Part shown: positions 1 to 22,021 of the stretch, piece by piece
How positions within the stretch are numbered: position 1 is the stretch's first letter
Layout of the letters: each line of letters opens with the position of its first letter
NCBI RefSeq assembly: GCF_009914755.1
Contig: NC_060941.1
Direction: 5' to 3' (one strand)
Source: the human T2T-CHM13v2.0 reference genome, Homo sapiens
Length of the DNA stretch: 64,000 bases
Notes under the pieces: generated by a model
Databases searched by the model: none
What the model was told of the DNA's origin: nothing
What the model saw: the letters and a program-made list of their open reading frames with translations, nothing else
Translations under genes and position numbers: made by a program

Positions 1-824
1 CAGTTAGCACCTGTTCATTTACTTATTCTGGATTAATAAAGGGCTGAAAGGCTGTAGATATTAATGAGTCAGCATGATGGCCTTTGGCTTCTTCAGAAAG
101 ATTGCATGATAAACTCCCCCACCCTTTTCCGAGCAGTCTACCTTACTAGGAAAGGCAGTTTCATGTGGAGGGCAATCTGTCATTTTTGAATAAGGGCAAG
201 AGTCTGAGGTCCATTCTGAGTCACTATGAATAGAGCTCTAGTATTGGTTGGTCCCCAGGGAAACTGGTGGTTAAATACTGTGAGAATCTTTATCAGACAG
301 GAAATGACAACTCATTAAAATACTAGCCGTTAAGCCTGTTTAGATCACTGCCTAGGGGGTAGGAAGGAAAATTTAACTCTATAATGTTTGACTAAAATGT
401 GCACATTTCTGAAGATGGAGAATTATTTACAAGACTGTTACCGAGAAAGGGAATTGCTAGGCTGTCTTGTTGCTGATCTTCTCCCACACCCTCTTTTCCT
501 CTTTTGTACATATAACAGATCAGCTTGTAATGGGAGTAGGATAGGGAAGGGCTTTAATTTCATTCCTGAAAGTGTATCCTACTATTGCCTTAAATGTAAA
601 ATTCAGTCTCTTCAGCAGAAGAGGCGGTTGTTGGCTTCAGTTAGAACAGGATCATTTTCTATATAGGAGTCTACTCCTGTGCTCCTGGGCCAAATCTCAA
701 TTGATAGAACTCTCTGGGGTCAGAGGATAAATTTGATGTATTGATTTACATACAGTGGTCCTCATTCAATCAAGAAAATTCTAAAGATCCTGATATTCAT
801 TTAGAACATAATTAAATTTTATAA

Positions 825-8057
<7,233 letters not shown>

Positions 8058-8399
8058 CTAAGAAAGAGTTTGAACTTATTTACCTCCTTAGCCCTATGTA
8101 ACAGGTAAGAAACTAAAAGGTACAGAAAATAGAGATGTTTGATTTTTCTAAGTTGCCCCAAGCTACCGTTTTTAAAAACGCCTGCAAGCATGTCTAAAAC
8201 AGGAGCCTGTTAGCTACAGTTGCCAAACCGGTTTAACAGCACTGCCTCCATGTATTCTGGGTAAGAAGGAGCTCCGAGTACATAAATTTATCAAAGATCA
8301 CTATCCCAATCATCTCAGAACAAGCTGTTACTAATGTACTGGAGTTTCTGTGCAAACTGTCTACCATAAACCATGAAAGGATTCAAAGTTCATAGTTCC

Positions 8400-8700
8400 T
8401 TCTTTGTTCCTTTGTTAATCACTGACTTCTGACTAGTGGGAGGTGCCTCCCAAGTTTGCTAATGCATTCTTTTTGGATAAGGATGACGCACAGATTGTCC
8501 TAATAAGGACTTAGATTGAGAAAGACCGCCCCCTCTGAGAAGAGGGGACAAGTCAGAGAGAGGGCGGGCAGTTTCTTTTTTAACTAGGGATGACACAAGC
8601 ATAAGTCATTTCCTTATTAATTGGTTCAAACCAGTTCTTACAGGAACTAGTGGTGATAAATGTGGGACTTCTGAGAAGTCATTCATTTTATTCTTTGTGC
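8400..8700 (+). promoter_or_regulatory. MIR21: Intronic pri-miR-21 promoter (miPPR-21)
   Basis: ~3.3-3.6 kb upstream of the hairpin. AP-1-like TGACGCA 8484-8490, TGACACA 8591, TAAGTCA 8602; perfect CArG CCTAATAAGG 8499-8508; GC box GGGCGGG 8562-8568; TATA-like GATAAAT 8655; STAT site TTCTGAGAA 8669-8677. Confidence 0.85.
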
Positions 8701-9048
8701 CATACCAGAGTACAGTATCAGCTGAGCTGACCTTACTCTGAGGACTAACTCTTTTGCTGGAAGCGGTTTCTGATTTACAGCTCTTGGTTTCTCCCAGACA
8801 TGTTGGTGGGAGAGATTTTGGTTTTTAAGGGGTTGTTAGATGGAGTAAATTTTCTTTTTTTTTTTTTTTTTTTTTAACTAAAAAGGGGTCACAGAATTTC
8901 AGCAGTTCTCTGATTTTTATATTTTATTCCTCTTCCTATCCAATCCCTGCCTTTTGAGTCCAGGTGGTAAGTACATTTTCTTTAACGTTTTTCCTGCTTT
9001 TCTTCCCAAATGTGTCTTTTTCTTTGGGCTACTGTACCCTGCTTCCAG

Positions 9049-9151
9049 TGCTGTCCCCGGCATAGGTCCATCTCTGCAGAAGCCATTTCAGGAGTACCTG
9101 GAGGCTCAACGGCAGAAGCTTCACCACAAAAGCGAAATGGGCACACCACAG
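9049..9151 (+). CDS. VMP1: Vacuole membrane protein 1, penultimate coding exon (103 bp)
   Basis: Acceptor cttccag|TG, donor CAG|gtaag; translates [34 protein letters not shown], matching the VMP1 C-terminal region as I recall it. Confidence 0.97.
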
Positions 9152-9682
9152 GTAAGACTTTAATCCGGTTTCTTCTCCCCTCTGGGAAGTTTCGGGCTGA
9201 AATTACATTCACAGCTCTCACTCACATTTTTAGGCAAATAAGTGAAGTTGGTTTGCCAGTGTTCCTTGACAGAAGTTGAGCGTCTGTGTATGCTCTACTG
9301 GGAAATTTGTCTTTGTCTTAGACTAGAAAGTGTAACTTCTGTACATCTTCTCCTAAAAACAAGGGTAGAGCCAATGGAAAGTAATGGTTCTGTTACATAG
9401 AATGAGTTGTTGCCTTGATCTTAAATGATGTATTGGTAGATATACTTCCCAAGTGGATTAAAAAGTTAAAACTTACAGCATAACAAAGTATTAGACTTAC
9501 TGAGGTGACTTGAATATCTCCTTTTGATTTTCACTCTATTTTTCTTTTCACCCATGGGAAAATGATAATTTTTTAATAAACCAAGGCTCTTACCATAGCT
9601 GAACTTTAAAACTTAGACTGTCTTTTCTGTAAACGATTCTGAGGCAAAGGGAAATGACTAGAAGAGGATGAGTAAACAATAA

Positions 9683-10156
<474 letters not shown>

Positions 10157-10521
10157 CTAATACTGGAACAAAAATATTTAACTGTCTTGACAATACTCAT
10201 GAGTATCTGCATGGCGACTTCAGAGTTGAGTTTAATCAAAGAGTTTATTCTTAGGTCCTAGTAGAAGAGCTAACCTCACACTCATCCCATTCTAAACTAT
10301 GTGATTCAACACTGATTTTACATCCAACAAAGTGAAATCTTGATAGTTGGGTGTAAAAAGGAGAGTAATGGAGATTTCAGAGTAGTTGGGGTTGCTTACT
10401 TTTCATTTTTAATTCTTTAGGTTTTGTAAGTTACACACTTCAAGCATTATAGATGATCCTCTTTTTACTACTGAACTAATGAAGCCTTTTTCATTGCATT
10501 GTTCTGCATTTATTTCTACAG

Positions 10522-10665
10522 GGAGAAAACTGGTTGTCCTGGATGTTTGAAAAGTTGGTCGTTGTCATGGTGTGTTACTTCATCCTATCTATCATTAACT
10601 CCATGGCACAAAGTTATGCCAAACGAATCCAGCAGCGGTTGAACTCAGAGGAGAAAACTAAATAA
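10522..10665 (+). CDS. VMP1: VMP1 last coding exon ([47 protein letters not shown])
   Basis: Acceptor ttctacag|GGA in phase with the previous exon; TAA at 10663-10665; hydrophobic TM segment followed by the known C-terminus. Confidence 0.97.
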   Translation, partial: GENWLSWMFEKLVVVMVCYFILSIINSMAQSYAKRIQQRLNSEEKTK

Positions 10666-11319
10666 GTAGAGAAAGTTTTAAACTGCAGAAATTGGAGTGG
10701 ATGGGTTCTGCCTTAAATTGGGAGGACTCCAAGCCGGGAAGGAAAATTCCCTTTTCCAACCTGTATCAATTTTTACAACTTTTTTCCTGAAAGCAGTTTA
10801 GTCCATACTTTGCACTGACATACTTTTTCCTTCTGTGCTAAGGTAAGGTATCCACCCTCGATGCAATCCACCTTGTGTTTTCTTAGGGTGGAATGTGATG
10901 TTCAGCAGCAAACTTGCAACAGACTGGCCTTCTGTTTGTTACTTTCAAAAGGCCCACATGATACAATTAGAGAATTCCCACCGCACAAAAAAAGTTCCTA
11001 AGTATGTTAAATATGTCAAGCTTTTTAGGCTTGTCACAAATGATTGCTTTGTTTTCCTAAGTCATCAAAATGTATATAAATTATCTAGATTGGATAACAG
11101 TCTTGCATGTTTATCATGTTACAATTTAATATTCCATCCTGCCCAACCCTTCCTCTCCCATCCTCAAAAAAGGGCCATTTTATGATGCATTGCACACCCT
11201 CTGGGGAAATTGATCTTTAAATTTTGAGACAGTATAAGGAAAATCTGGTTGGTGTCTTACAAGTGAGCTGACACCATTTTTTATTCTGTGTATTTAGAAT
11301 GAAGTCTTGAAAAAAACTT

Positions 11320-11350
11320 TATAAAGACATCTTTAATCATTCCAAAATTG
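11320..11350 (+). terminator. VMP1: Probable VMP1 proximal polyadenylation site (variant TATAAA signal)
   Basis: TATAAA at 11320-11325 followed by GU/U-rich sequence (ttgtgtccgttttcttg); lies ~0.7 kb upstream of the miR-21 hairpin, consistent with the known VMP1 3' end. Confidence 0.6.
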
Positions 11351-12019
11351 TGTCCGTTTTCTTGAGCGTTTTGATTTTTTACTTTTAGCTTATACCAGCT
11401 GAATGGCAGCCTTGCCTAATCCACCTACAACAAGAATTTCTTAAGCTTTCTTTTATTTGCATGAGAGAGCCACTACCAAGGCATGTTTTGTTATGCTGAA
11501 ACTGGGCTGCTGCATACTGCTAAATGGCACCTCTGGGATTGGCCTACCTGGGGATTTCTTGGTTTGTGAAAACAGGAGAGGAGAAATATCTCATACAAGT
11601 GAAAGGATACTGGAGAGAGAAATTACCCATTTCTAAAAAAAAACCACACTCTGTCGTATCTGTGTTAATGTTTTCTAGCATGTACTCTGGTTTCAACAGA
11701 CACAAATTTATATGTTAACCCAGTTTTCTTGCCGTTCTGTAAGTGTTTTATTCTTAGTGTGATTTTTTTCCATTGGGATGTTTTTGATTGAACTTGTTCA
11801 TTTTGTTTTGCTTGGGAGGAAAATAAACAATTTTACTTTTTTCCTTTAGGAGCATTATGAGCATTATGTCAGAATAGAATAGAATTGGGGTTCGATCTTA
11901 ACAGGCCAGAAATGCCTGGGTTTTTTTGGTTTGTTTTTGTTTTTGTTTTTTTATCAAATCCTGCCTGACTGTCTGCTTGTTTTGCCTACCATCGTGACAT
12001 CTCCATGGCTGTACCACCT

Positions 12020-12091
12020 TGTCGGGTAGCTTATCAGACTGATGTTGACTGTTGAATCTCATGGCAACACCAGTCGATGGGCTGTCTGACA
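12020..12091 (+). ncRNA. MIR21: pre-miR-21 hairpin (5p 12027-12048; 3p 12065-12085)
   Basis: Exact TAGCTTATCAGACTGATGTTGA (miR-21-5p) and CAACACCAGTCGATGGGCTGT (miR-21-3p) within a fold-back TGTCGG...CTGACA. Confidence 0.99.
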
Positions 12092-12968
12092 TTTTGGTAT
12101 CTTTCATCTGACCATCCATATCCAATGTTCTCATTTAAACATTACCCAGCATCATTGTTTATAATCAGAAACTCTGGTCCTTCTGTCTGGTGGCACTTAG
12201 AGTCTTTTGTGCCATAATGCAGCAGTATGGAGGGAGGATTTTATGGAGAAATGGGGATAGTCTTCATGACCACAAATAAATAAAGGAAAACTAAGCTGCA
12301 CTGTGGGTTTTGAAAAGGTTATTATACTTCTTAACAATTCTTTTTTTCAGGGACTTTTCTAGCTGTATGACTGTTACTTGACCTTCTTTGAAAAGCATTC
12401 CCAAAATGCTCTATTTTAGATAGTTTAACATTAACCAACATAATTTTTTTTAGATCGAGTCAGCATAAATTTCTAAGTCAGCCTCTAGTCGTGGTTCATC
12501 TCTTTCACCTGCATTTTATTTGGTGTTTGTCTGAAGAAAGGAAAGAGGAAAGCAAATACGAATTGTACTATTTGTACCAAATCTTTGGGATTCATTGGCA
12601 AATAATTTCAGTGTGGTGTATTATTAAATAGAAAAAAAAAATTTTGTTTCCTAGGTTGAAGGTCTAATTGATACGTTTGACTTATGATGACCATTTATGC
12701 ACTTTCAAATGAATTTGCTTTCAAAATAAATGAAGAGCAGCTGTCCTTCTTTCCTCTTTTAAGTGTTCAGCTGTGGCATGCTCAGAGGTTCCTGCTGGAT
12801 TCCAGCTGGAGCGGTGTGATACCCTTCTTTTTCAGCTGTTCGTGCCTTCCTTTCTTGTATCCACCAAAGTGGAGACAAATACATGATCTCAAAGATACAC
12901 AGTACCTACTTAATTCCAGCTGATGGGAGACCAAAGAATTTGCAAGTGGATGGTTTGGTATCACTGTA

Positions 12969-13030
12969 AATAAAAAGAGGGCCTGGGAATTCTTGCGATT
13001 CCATCTCTACTTTGTATAAGTCTCATTTTG
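12969..13030 (+). terminator. Probable distal polyadenylation site of pri-miR-21 / long VMP1 3'UTR
   Basis: AATAAA at 12969-12974 with downstream U/GU-rich tttgtataagtctcattttgtg, ~0.9 kb after the hairpin. Confidence 0.6.
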
Positions 13031-13585
13031 TGCCTTACACATCTGCAGTATTTATCATGTTCCAACTTGGTGACTGTCAGGCAGTGCAATACATCAGCAG
13101 TTTATCACCGAAGAGCTGAGGAATACCTCCCTTAAAACAGACAATGTCGGCCGGGCGCGGTGGCTCACACCTGTAATCCCAGCACTTTGGGAGGCCAAGG
13201 CGGGCAGATCACCTGAGGTCAGGAGTTTGAGACCAGCCTGGCCAACATGGCGAAACCCCATCTCTACTAAAAATATAAAAAATTAGCCGGGCGTGGTGGT
13301 GCACGCCTGTAATCCCAGCTATTCAGGAGGCTGAGGCAGGAGAATCCCTTGAACGCAGGAAGCAGAGTTTGCAGTGAGCCGAGATGGCGCCACTGCACTC
13401 CAGCCTGGGTGACAGAGCAAGACAAAAAAAATAACAGATGATGTCATATGAAAATGTGCAATGTCCAGTTTTCCCATAGTTTTCTGTATTCTCTGTGTGC
13501 ATAATCTGGAGTATGAGTCTGGGAAGAAAAAGGTTTTTAGTTTCATTTGGATAGTGGCCACCTCTCCATTCCCTACGAATGCTAG

Positions 13586-13834
<249 letters not shown>

Positions 13835-14596
13835 TGAGGTGATCCACCTGCCTCGGTCTCCCAAAGTTCTGGGTTCACAGACGTGAGCCACCATGCCCAC
13901 GTAGAATGAAGTTTCTTAAATACGCTAGTTAATTATTGAAACATATGCAGTATTGAGTGCTCCTACACAAACACGCTCAGCCTCTGCCCCCAGTGTGCTC
14001 TGTGCTATCCACAGCCTTAGTAGAACATGAGGCTTTTTGTCATTTCACCAGTCATTCAATAATGACTCATTTGAGTATGGATCATGCACTAGCTAAATAA
14101 CCAGTTGCGCTCATGTACCCTGAAGCAAATTGTTTAGCCTGACCCATGTGTAAGAAGATCACAGAGATTCCCAACCTTTCAGTGTCAAAAAGCCTTTCCA
14201 TATATATTACTTTAAAACCCATTTTCCCCCATGTGTAATAGTCTATGTTAATGACGGTTCGGGTTTCTTCTACATTGTTTGTGACCTGAGAAAGTTTAAA
14301 AGAGCCTCAGTTTCTTTCATCTATAAAAATAAAAGAGATAGAAGGACAGTTTACCTAAGGAATAAATCTGGTAACATGTAAAGTACTGAAATAGGCTGGG
14401 TGCAGTGGCTCATGCTTATAATCCTAATACTTTGGGAGGCCAAGGCAGGAGGATCCCTTTTAGGCCAAGAGTTCAATAAATAGGGCCGGGCATGGTGGCT
14501 CACGCCTGTAATCCCAGCACTTTGGGAGGCCAAGGTGGGCAGATCACCTGAGTTCGAGACCAGCCTAACCAACATGGCGAAATCACATCTCTACTA

Positions 14597-14755
<159 letters not shown>

Positions 14756-14824
14756 TCAAAACAAACAAACAAAAAAGAGTTCAGTAAAAGTACAGCAATA
14801 AAAGTTATCCACCTCCACCACCCC

Positions 14825-14858
<34 letters not shown>

Positions 14859-15314
14859 AGAGTGAGGTTTTACTGTGTCACCCAGGCTGGAGTGTGGTGG
14901 CACAGTCATGGCTCTTTACAGCCTTGACCTCCCAGGCTCAAGAAATTCTCCTACCTCAGCCTCCCTGGCAAGGACCAGCATGAACCACCATACCTGGGTA
15001 ATTTTTTAATTTTTTGTAAAGACAGGGTCTCAATATTTTGCCCAGGCCAGTCTTGAATTCCCAGGCTCGAGCGATCCTGCCGTGGCCTCCCAAAGTGCTG
15101 GGATGACAGGTGTGAGCCACCATGCTGGGCATTCCCAATGAAAGACTGAGGCCAGGCACAGTGGCTCACGCCTGTCATCCCAGCCTTTTGGGAGGCCAAG
15201 ACAGGATCACTTGAGGTCAGGAGTTCAAGACCAGCCTGGCCAGCATGGTGAAACCCTATCTCTACTAAAAATACAAAAATTAGCCAGGCGTGGTGGCGTA
15301 TGCCTGTAATCTCA

Positions 15315-15557
<243 letters not shown>

Positions 15558-17892
15558 CTAGCAGATACTCTGTCAAACTTTTGATAAGTGAAAAATTTAC
15601 CGAAGAATTTAAAACCAAAAACAGTTTTTTAACTTTCCCACCTGAAAATATTGACCATTTTCTAATTTATTTTCATTATAAAGAATATTGGTTATCATGG
15701 TTGCTCATGCCTGTAATTCTAGCACTTTGGTAGGCCAAGGCAGGCAAATCACTCCTGAGCCCAGGAGTTCGAGACCAGCCTGGACAACATAATGAGACCT
15801 CCCTACAAAATATTTAAAAGTTAGCCAAGTGTGACAGTATGTGCCTATAGTCCCAGGCTGAGGTGGATCACCTCATTAGTGAGCCGTGATTGTGTCACTG
15901 CACTCCAGCCTGAGTGACACAGACCCTGCCTCAAAAAATATATATATAAATACTAAAACATCTGGAAGGAAAGAGGAGAAAAGGGAGTATCAGCTTTTAA
16001 TACTTGTTACAAGGTCAGTCTAGAAAATACAGTGAGATTTGCTGGGTAAATAGGTTTTGAACCATGAAAAAATTGATGGCATGCAAGATCTTCCTCAATA
16101 GACCTAAGAGTCTCATTTCTATTAAAAAATACAAACAACTGCTTCATTTTATTCATAAATAATTTTTTGAGGTGCTACAAAAAATTAAAACTAAGCAGGA
16201 GTTTAAAGTTTTTGAAAAGCCAAGTAACATTTTATCTCTAACATTTATTGAATCCTCTCCAGTATTTACACAACGTAAATGAGATACTACACACAAAACC
16301 CTTGTGTCTGAAGGTAAATTTATTTATTCTCAAAGACAACAAGAAGAGAAAGCACATCATGTATTTTAAACTTTAGAAGCAACTGAGTCATTAGTGTCTG
16401 GTGGACAGGAGCTAGGGATCCTATCCCTTCCCAACAAGGCCAAGAGTTCACCTGAGGTAATGCATTTGCCTTGGGGGCGAGGCCTTGAATTGCAGCAAAT
16501 AACCTGTGTGTATTTGCATATTTAACCAGTACTCTTAAGAAGGATTATACAAAAACCTGTTCCAGACAGCTGCTTACTCATTGCCTTTAAAATTGCGTGG
16601 TGCTGGGATTGGCAGGTGCCAACTGTTTGCTCATTCTCTTTGACCCACTAGCCTTGCAGTTTGCTGTGTGGGTGTTGATACTCCTAAATTAAAGCAGGGA
16701 AGGGGTGGTTTTAGATGGCTTTTAACACCTGCTCTCCACCCAAGCACCCTGGATTCATTTGATATCTGGATTCTAATTCTGTAGTCAGGAGACTGGCCCA
16801 AACTGTGGCCCAGAGAGAAGTGAGTCAGTTGCAAGTGGCTAGCTGACTCTATGGGAACAGAAATAAAATGCAGCTTAGAGAGTTTGTCAGCCAAATCCAC
16901 AAATGTGTGGCTTTTTGAAACATTGGACATCTGTTCCTCTTAATTTAAAATAAACTTTTTTTTTTTTTTTTTTTTAAGCACAAAGTTGCTTGGCTCCTTG
17001 TTTCTTTGTGTCAGCAGCAGTTGCTGCTCTAATTTAGGAACCCTAGGATCTGATTTAGGACATTTGGAATCTTTAAGGCACATTCGATCTAGAAAGTGGA
17101 ACTGAATTGCTTTGGGAAGGCAAGAGGATGATTTTACAGTATAGGGTTTGTGTGGAAATCCCCTTCAGCAGTAATCAACCCAGGTGTCCAACCTGTTTGT
17201 TAACCATTTCCAAATGACTCAGAGGACCTAGAGGGAGGGCTTGAACACACTCCAGCACTGTTTCTACAATTTAGCCTTTATTTGCATTGGAAACCACATT
17301 CCTGAATTCTTGAGGGGGCAGGCTCTGGCTTATTCTGGGCAACTGACTTCAAGTGGGACCCCTGAGCTACCTATGTAAGCAAAGAGTCAGCCATCTCTGG
17401 AGAGTTACCAGGGAGGAGGATCTTTCTGTGAACTTGCTTTGATGACCTCCACCCAAAGCCCTTTGAGGAACAGTTTTGTTTATTCAAGGAGCCCTTGGCA
17501 GGTCACTCCTCCCCTACCACAAATCTAATCCAAATGCGACATTTTCCTTTGAGGCCATCTATCCCTTTTGGGGGACAAAACACATCAGCTTTTCCCTTCA
17601 GACCACTTTTGACTGAAGCAGTGATCAACATTGCTTAATTGTGTTCCAGTCTGTTTCCAGCGGGGAAAAAATGCTTTAGGGGAGTGAGGCAGTTAGGGAT
17701 TTGAAAACAGGGATGGTGCCGCCTGAAGGTGGGGAATGACTTAGATCACTGTCTTCCTTTGGCTCCTCACCATGTTGTGTGGAGGAAACGAAAAGCAGCT
17801 CAAGTTCACTCCTCTTGGCAGTAGTGCAGAAGCCTGGCTTGCCACGGCCCTGGAGAACCATGTTTTTCCCAACTTTTTTTTTTTTCTTTTGA

Positions 17893-18200
<308 letters not shown>

Positions 18201-18201
18201 T

Positions 18202-18300
18202 AATACAGAACACAAATTTGAGTGTCATTCTTGTGCAGGGGCCATGCTAATCTTCTGTATATTGTTCCAATTTTGGTGTATGTGCTGCCAAAGCAAGCAC
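18202..18300 (-). pseudogene. U6 snRNA retropseudogene with A-tail (18179-18201)
   Basis: Reverse complement GTGCTTGCTTTGGCAGCACATACACCAAAATTGGAACAATATACAGAAGATTAGCATGGCCCCTGCACAAG... aligns to near full-length U6; the ACAGAGA box is mutated and CpGs have decayed. Confidence 0.95.
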
Positions 18301-18863
18301 CCAGCTTCTTTTCATTAGTTAAGAAGATGAAGGCCAAGACTAAGGCAGGGAGGCCTTTCTCTGCCTTTCACTCTTTAGTGCACCTCACAGTCAGTTGCAC
18401 TTGAGTAAGGACTGCTAAACCTCTCTGAGAGCTGCCAGATGTTCCTGCCTAGCCTCAGGTTGTTGGTTCTTCAGACACCTCTTCATTCTGCCCATTGCAC
18501 CAGCCCTTTCCCATCTCCATGTTCCCTCCATGGTAATTTCTTTGTACACAACAACCACACGGAGCACCAGCAATCAAGATTAGCTCCCGGGAACTCTGGC
18601 GTGCCCTGTACCAGGAAGCACAGTGGATTACTACAACTTTTGATAATGATTGTTTGCTTTGTACCAGGCATTATTTTCAGGGCTGTTTCACATGTGTTGT
18701 ACTTAACAACCCCATGAGGAAATTAAGGCAGGGTGGTTCAGTAATTTGTCAAGGGAAACAAGGAAGTAGAGCAGGCAGCAGAGGCGTTCTGGCTCTGAAC
18801 TACTCTGTTCTGTAGAAATCAGTGCAAAAGTCCAAGCTTCAGCATACTTGTTTCATCTTGTGA

Positions 18864-19107
<244 letters not shown>

Positions 19108-20152
19108 TAGCCAGGATGGTCTCAATCGCCTGACCTCGTGATCCGCCCGCCTCGGCCTCCCAAAGTGCTGAGATTACAGGTGTGAGCCACCGCGCCCGGC
19201 CCTGATCACAGGTAGTTGATGGAGAAAGGAAGATAACAGAAAATCAAGGCCACAACCTCAAATTTTGCTATTTAAATAGATAAGCAGACTTTACTCTTCC
19301 CTGTATCACAGGGTTGGAAAAGCAAGCTCCATTCTTAGCCATCCATGTGGGCAGATTCCCAGAGTGGTGTTTGCTATAATTATGATTTAAAAGCAAGGTT
19401 TTTTGTTTGTTTGTTTTAAGGAGATGGGGTCTCCCATGTTACCCAGGCCGAACTCCAACTCCTGGGCTCAAGTCATCCTCCCGCCTCAGCCTCCCGAGTA
19501 GCTGGGACTACAGGCACTCACCACCACACTTGGGTAAAAGTAATTTCTATTTCTACAGCCTTTTTTTATTTTTCAAAGTATTTTAATGTCTTGAGTTTGG
19601 GTTTTGTTTTGAGACAGGGTTTCACTCTGTTGCCCAAGCTGAAGTACAGTGGCGCAATCACAGCCACAGCTGACTGCAACCTCCACCTCCCAGGCTCAAG
19701 CAATCCTCCCGCCACAGCCGCCCCACTCCCCACCAGTAGCTGGGACTACAGAGCTGCACCACCACACCCAGCTAATTTCTGTAGTTTTTTTTTTAGTAGA
19801 GACAGGGTTTCACCACGTTGACCACGCTGGTTTTAAACTCCTGAGCTCAATCAATCCACCTGCCTCGGCCTCCCAAAGTGCTGGAATTACAGGTGTGAGC
19901 CACTGCACTCGGCTAGGAAACCCTTTTCTGATCTTTCCTTGTCAGCAATGATCTCTTCACACTTCCTTTCTTACGGCCCTCACCTCACTCTGTATTATAG
20001 TTATCTGCATATATGAATAAAATCCCTAAGAAGACTGCAGGGTCCTGGAGGGAGGAGATCTGTATCGACAACTTTGTCTCTTCTTCACAGCACCTTACAC
20101 CAGTGGGGATTTAAAAAGTGAATACAGGGCTGGGCACCGTGGCTTATGCCTA

Positions 20153-20511
<359 letters not shown>

Positions 20512-20699
20512 TCAGACACCAGGAAAGAACAAATAAGGGGCTATGTGTAGGGTGGGGAGAAAGACAGCATCAGGTTTTCCACTCGAGTCCTCTGTAGCTC
20601 TGCCTTAGCTCGCTGTTTAGTTTCCTTAAAGTACCGACCAAATTCACAACTAGTTTGTCTATTTTCTTGCTAGTGCTTGCGACACTAGAACATAAGCCC

Positions 20700-20845
20700 G
20701 GTGAAAGGAAAATAAATCTTGGGACCCCAAAATCACTAAGCCAAAGAAAAGTCAAGCTGGGAACTGCTTAGGGCAAACCTGCCCCCCATTCTATTCCTTA
20801 AAAAGATAGCTACTAAGATTTTTTTTTTAAAAAAACTGCATACTG
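20700..20845 (+). mobile_element. MER4-group (ERV1) LTR 5' fragment
   Basis: GTGAAAGGAAAATAAATCTTGGGACCCCAAAATCACTAAGCC...GTCAAGCTGGGAACTGCTTAGGGCAAACC resembles the start of MER4-group LTRs; subfamily uncertain. Confidence 0.6.
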
Positions 20846-21506
20846 GGGCTGGGCGCGGTGGCTCATGCCTGTAATCCCAGCACTTTGGGAGGCCAAGCAG
20901 GCAGATCACAAGGTCAGGAGATTGGGACCATCCTGGCTAATACGGTGAAACCCTGTCTCTACTAAAAATGCAAAAACTTAGCTGGGTGCAGTGGCGGATG
21001 CCTGTAGTCCCAGCTACTCAGGAGGATGAGGCCGGAGAATGGCATGAACCCAGGAGGCACAGGTTGCAGTGAGCTGAGATAGTGCCACTGCAGTCCGGCC
21101 TGGGCGAAAGAGCGGGACTCCGTCTCAAAAAAAAAAAAAACAACTGCATACCGGCCGGGCGTGGTGGCTCACGCCTGTAATCCCAACACTGGCAGGCAGA
21201 GACGGGCGGATCACCTGAGGTCAGGAGTTTGAGACCAGCCTGGCCAACATGGTGAAAACCCGTCTCTACTAAAAATACAAAAATTAGCCAGGGGTTGTGG
21301 CGGGTGCCTGTAGTCCCAGCTACTCGAGGCTGAGGCAGGCGAATTGCTTGAACCTGGCAGGCAGAGGTTGCAGTGAGCCGAGATAGAGCCACTGCACTAT
21401 AGCCTGGGTGACAGAGGGAGACTATCTCCCCCCCCCCAAAAAAAAAGAAAGAAAAGAAAAAGAAAAAAATGAGAAAGAGAGAGAGAGAGAGAAAAAAAAA
21501 GCATTA

Positions 21507-22021
<515 letters not shown>

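Noticed and set aside
8954-9279. ORFs 8954-9163 and 9010-9279 as separate genes
   Set aside because: The first is the VMP1 exon frame read into flanking intron; the second is an alternative frame with no support.
12684-12923. 79-aa ORF downstream of miR-21 as a possible miPEP
   Set aside because: Lies 3' of the Drosha cut and after many upstream AUGs, with no recognisable homology; the E-box cluster is the stronger signal here.
18202-18300. Functional U6 gene
   Set aside because: ACAGAGA box is altered, an A-tail is present, and no PSE/TATA was recognised upstream.
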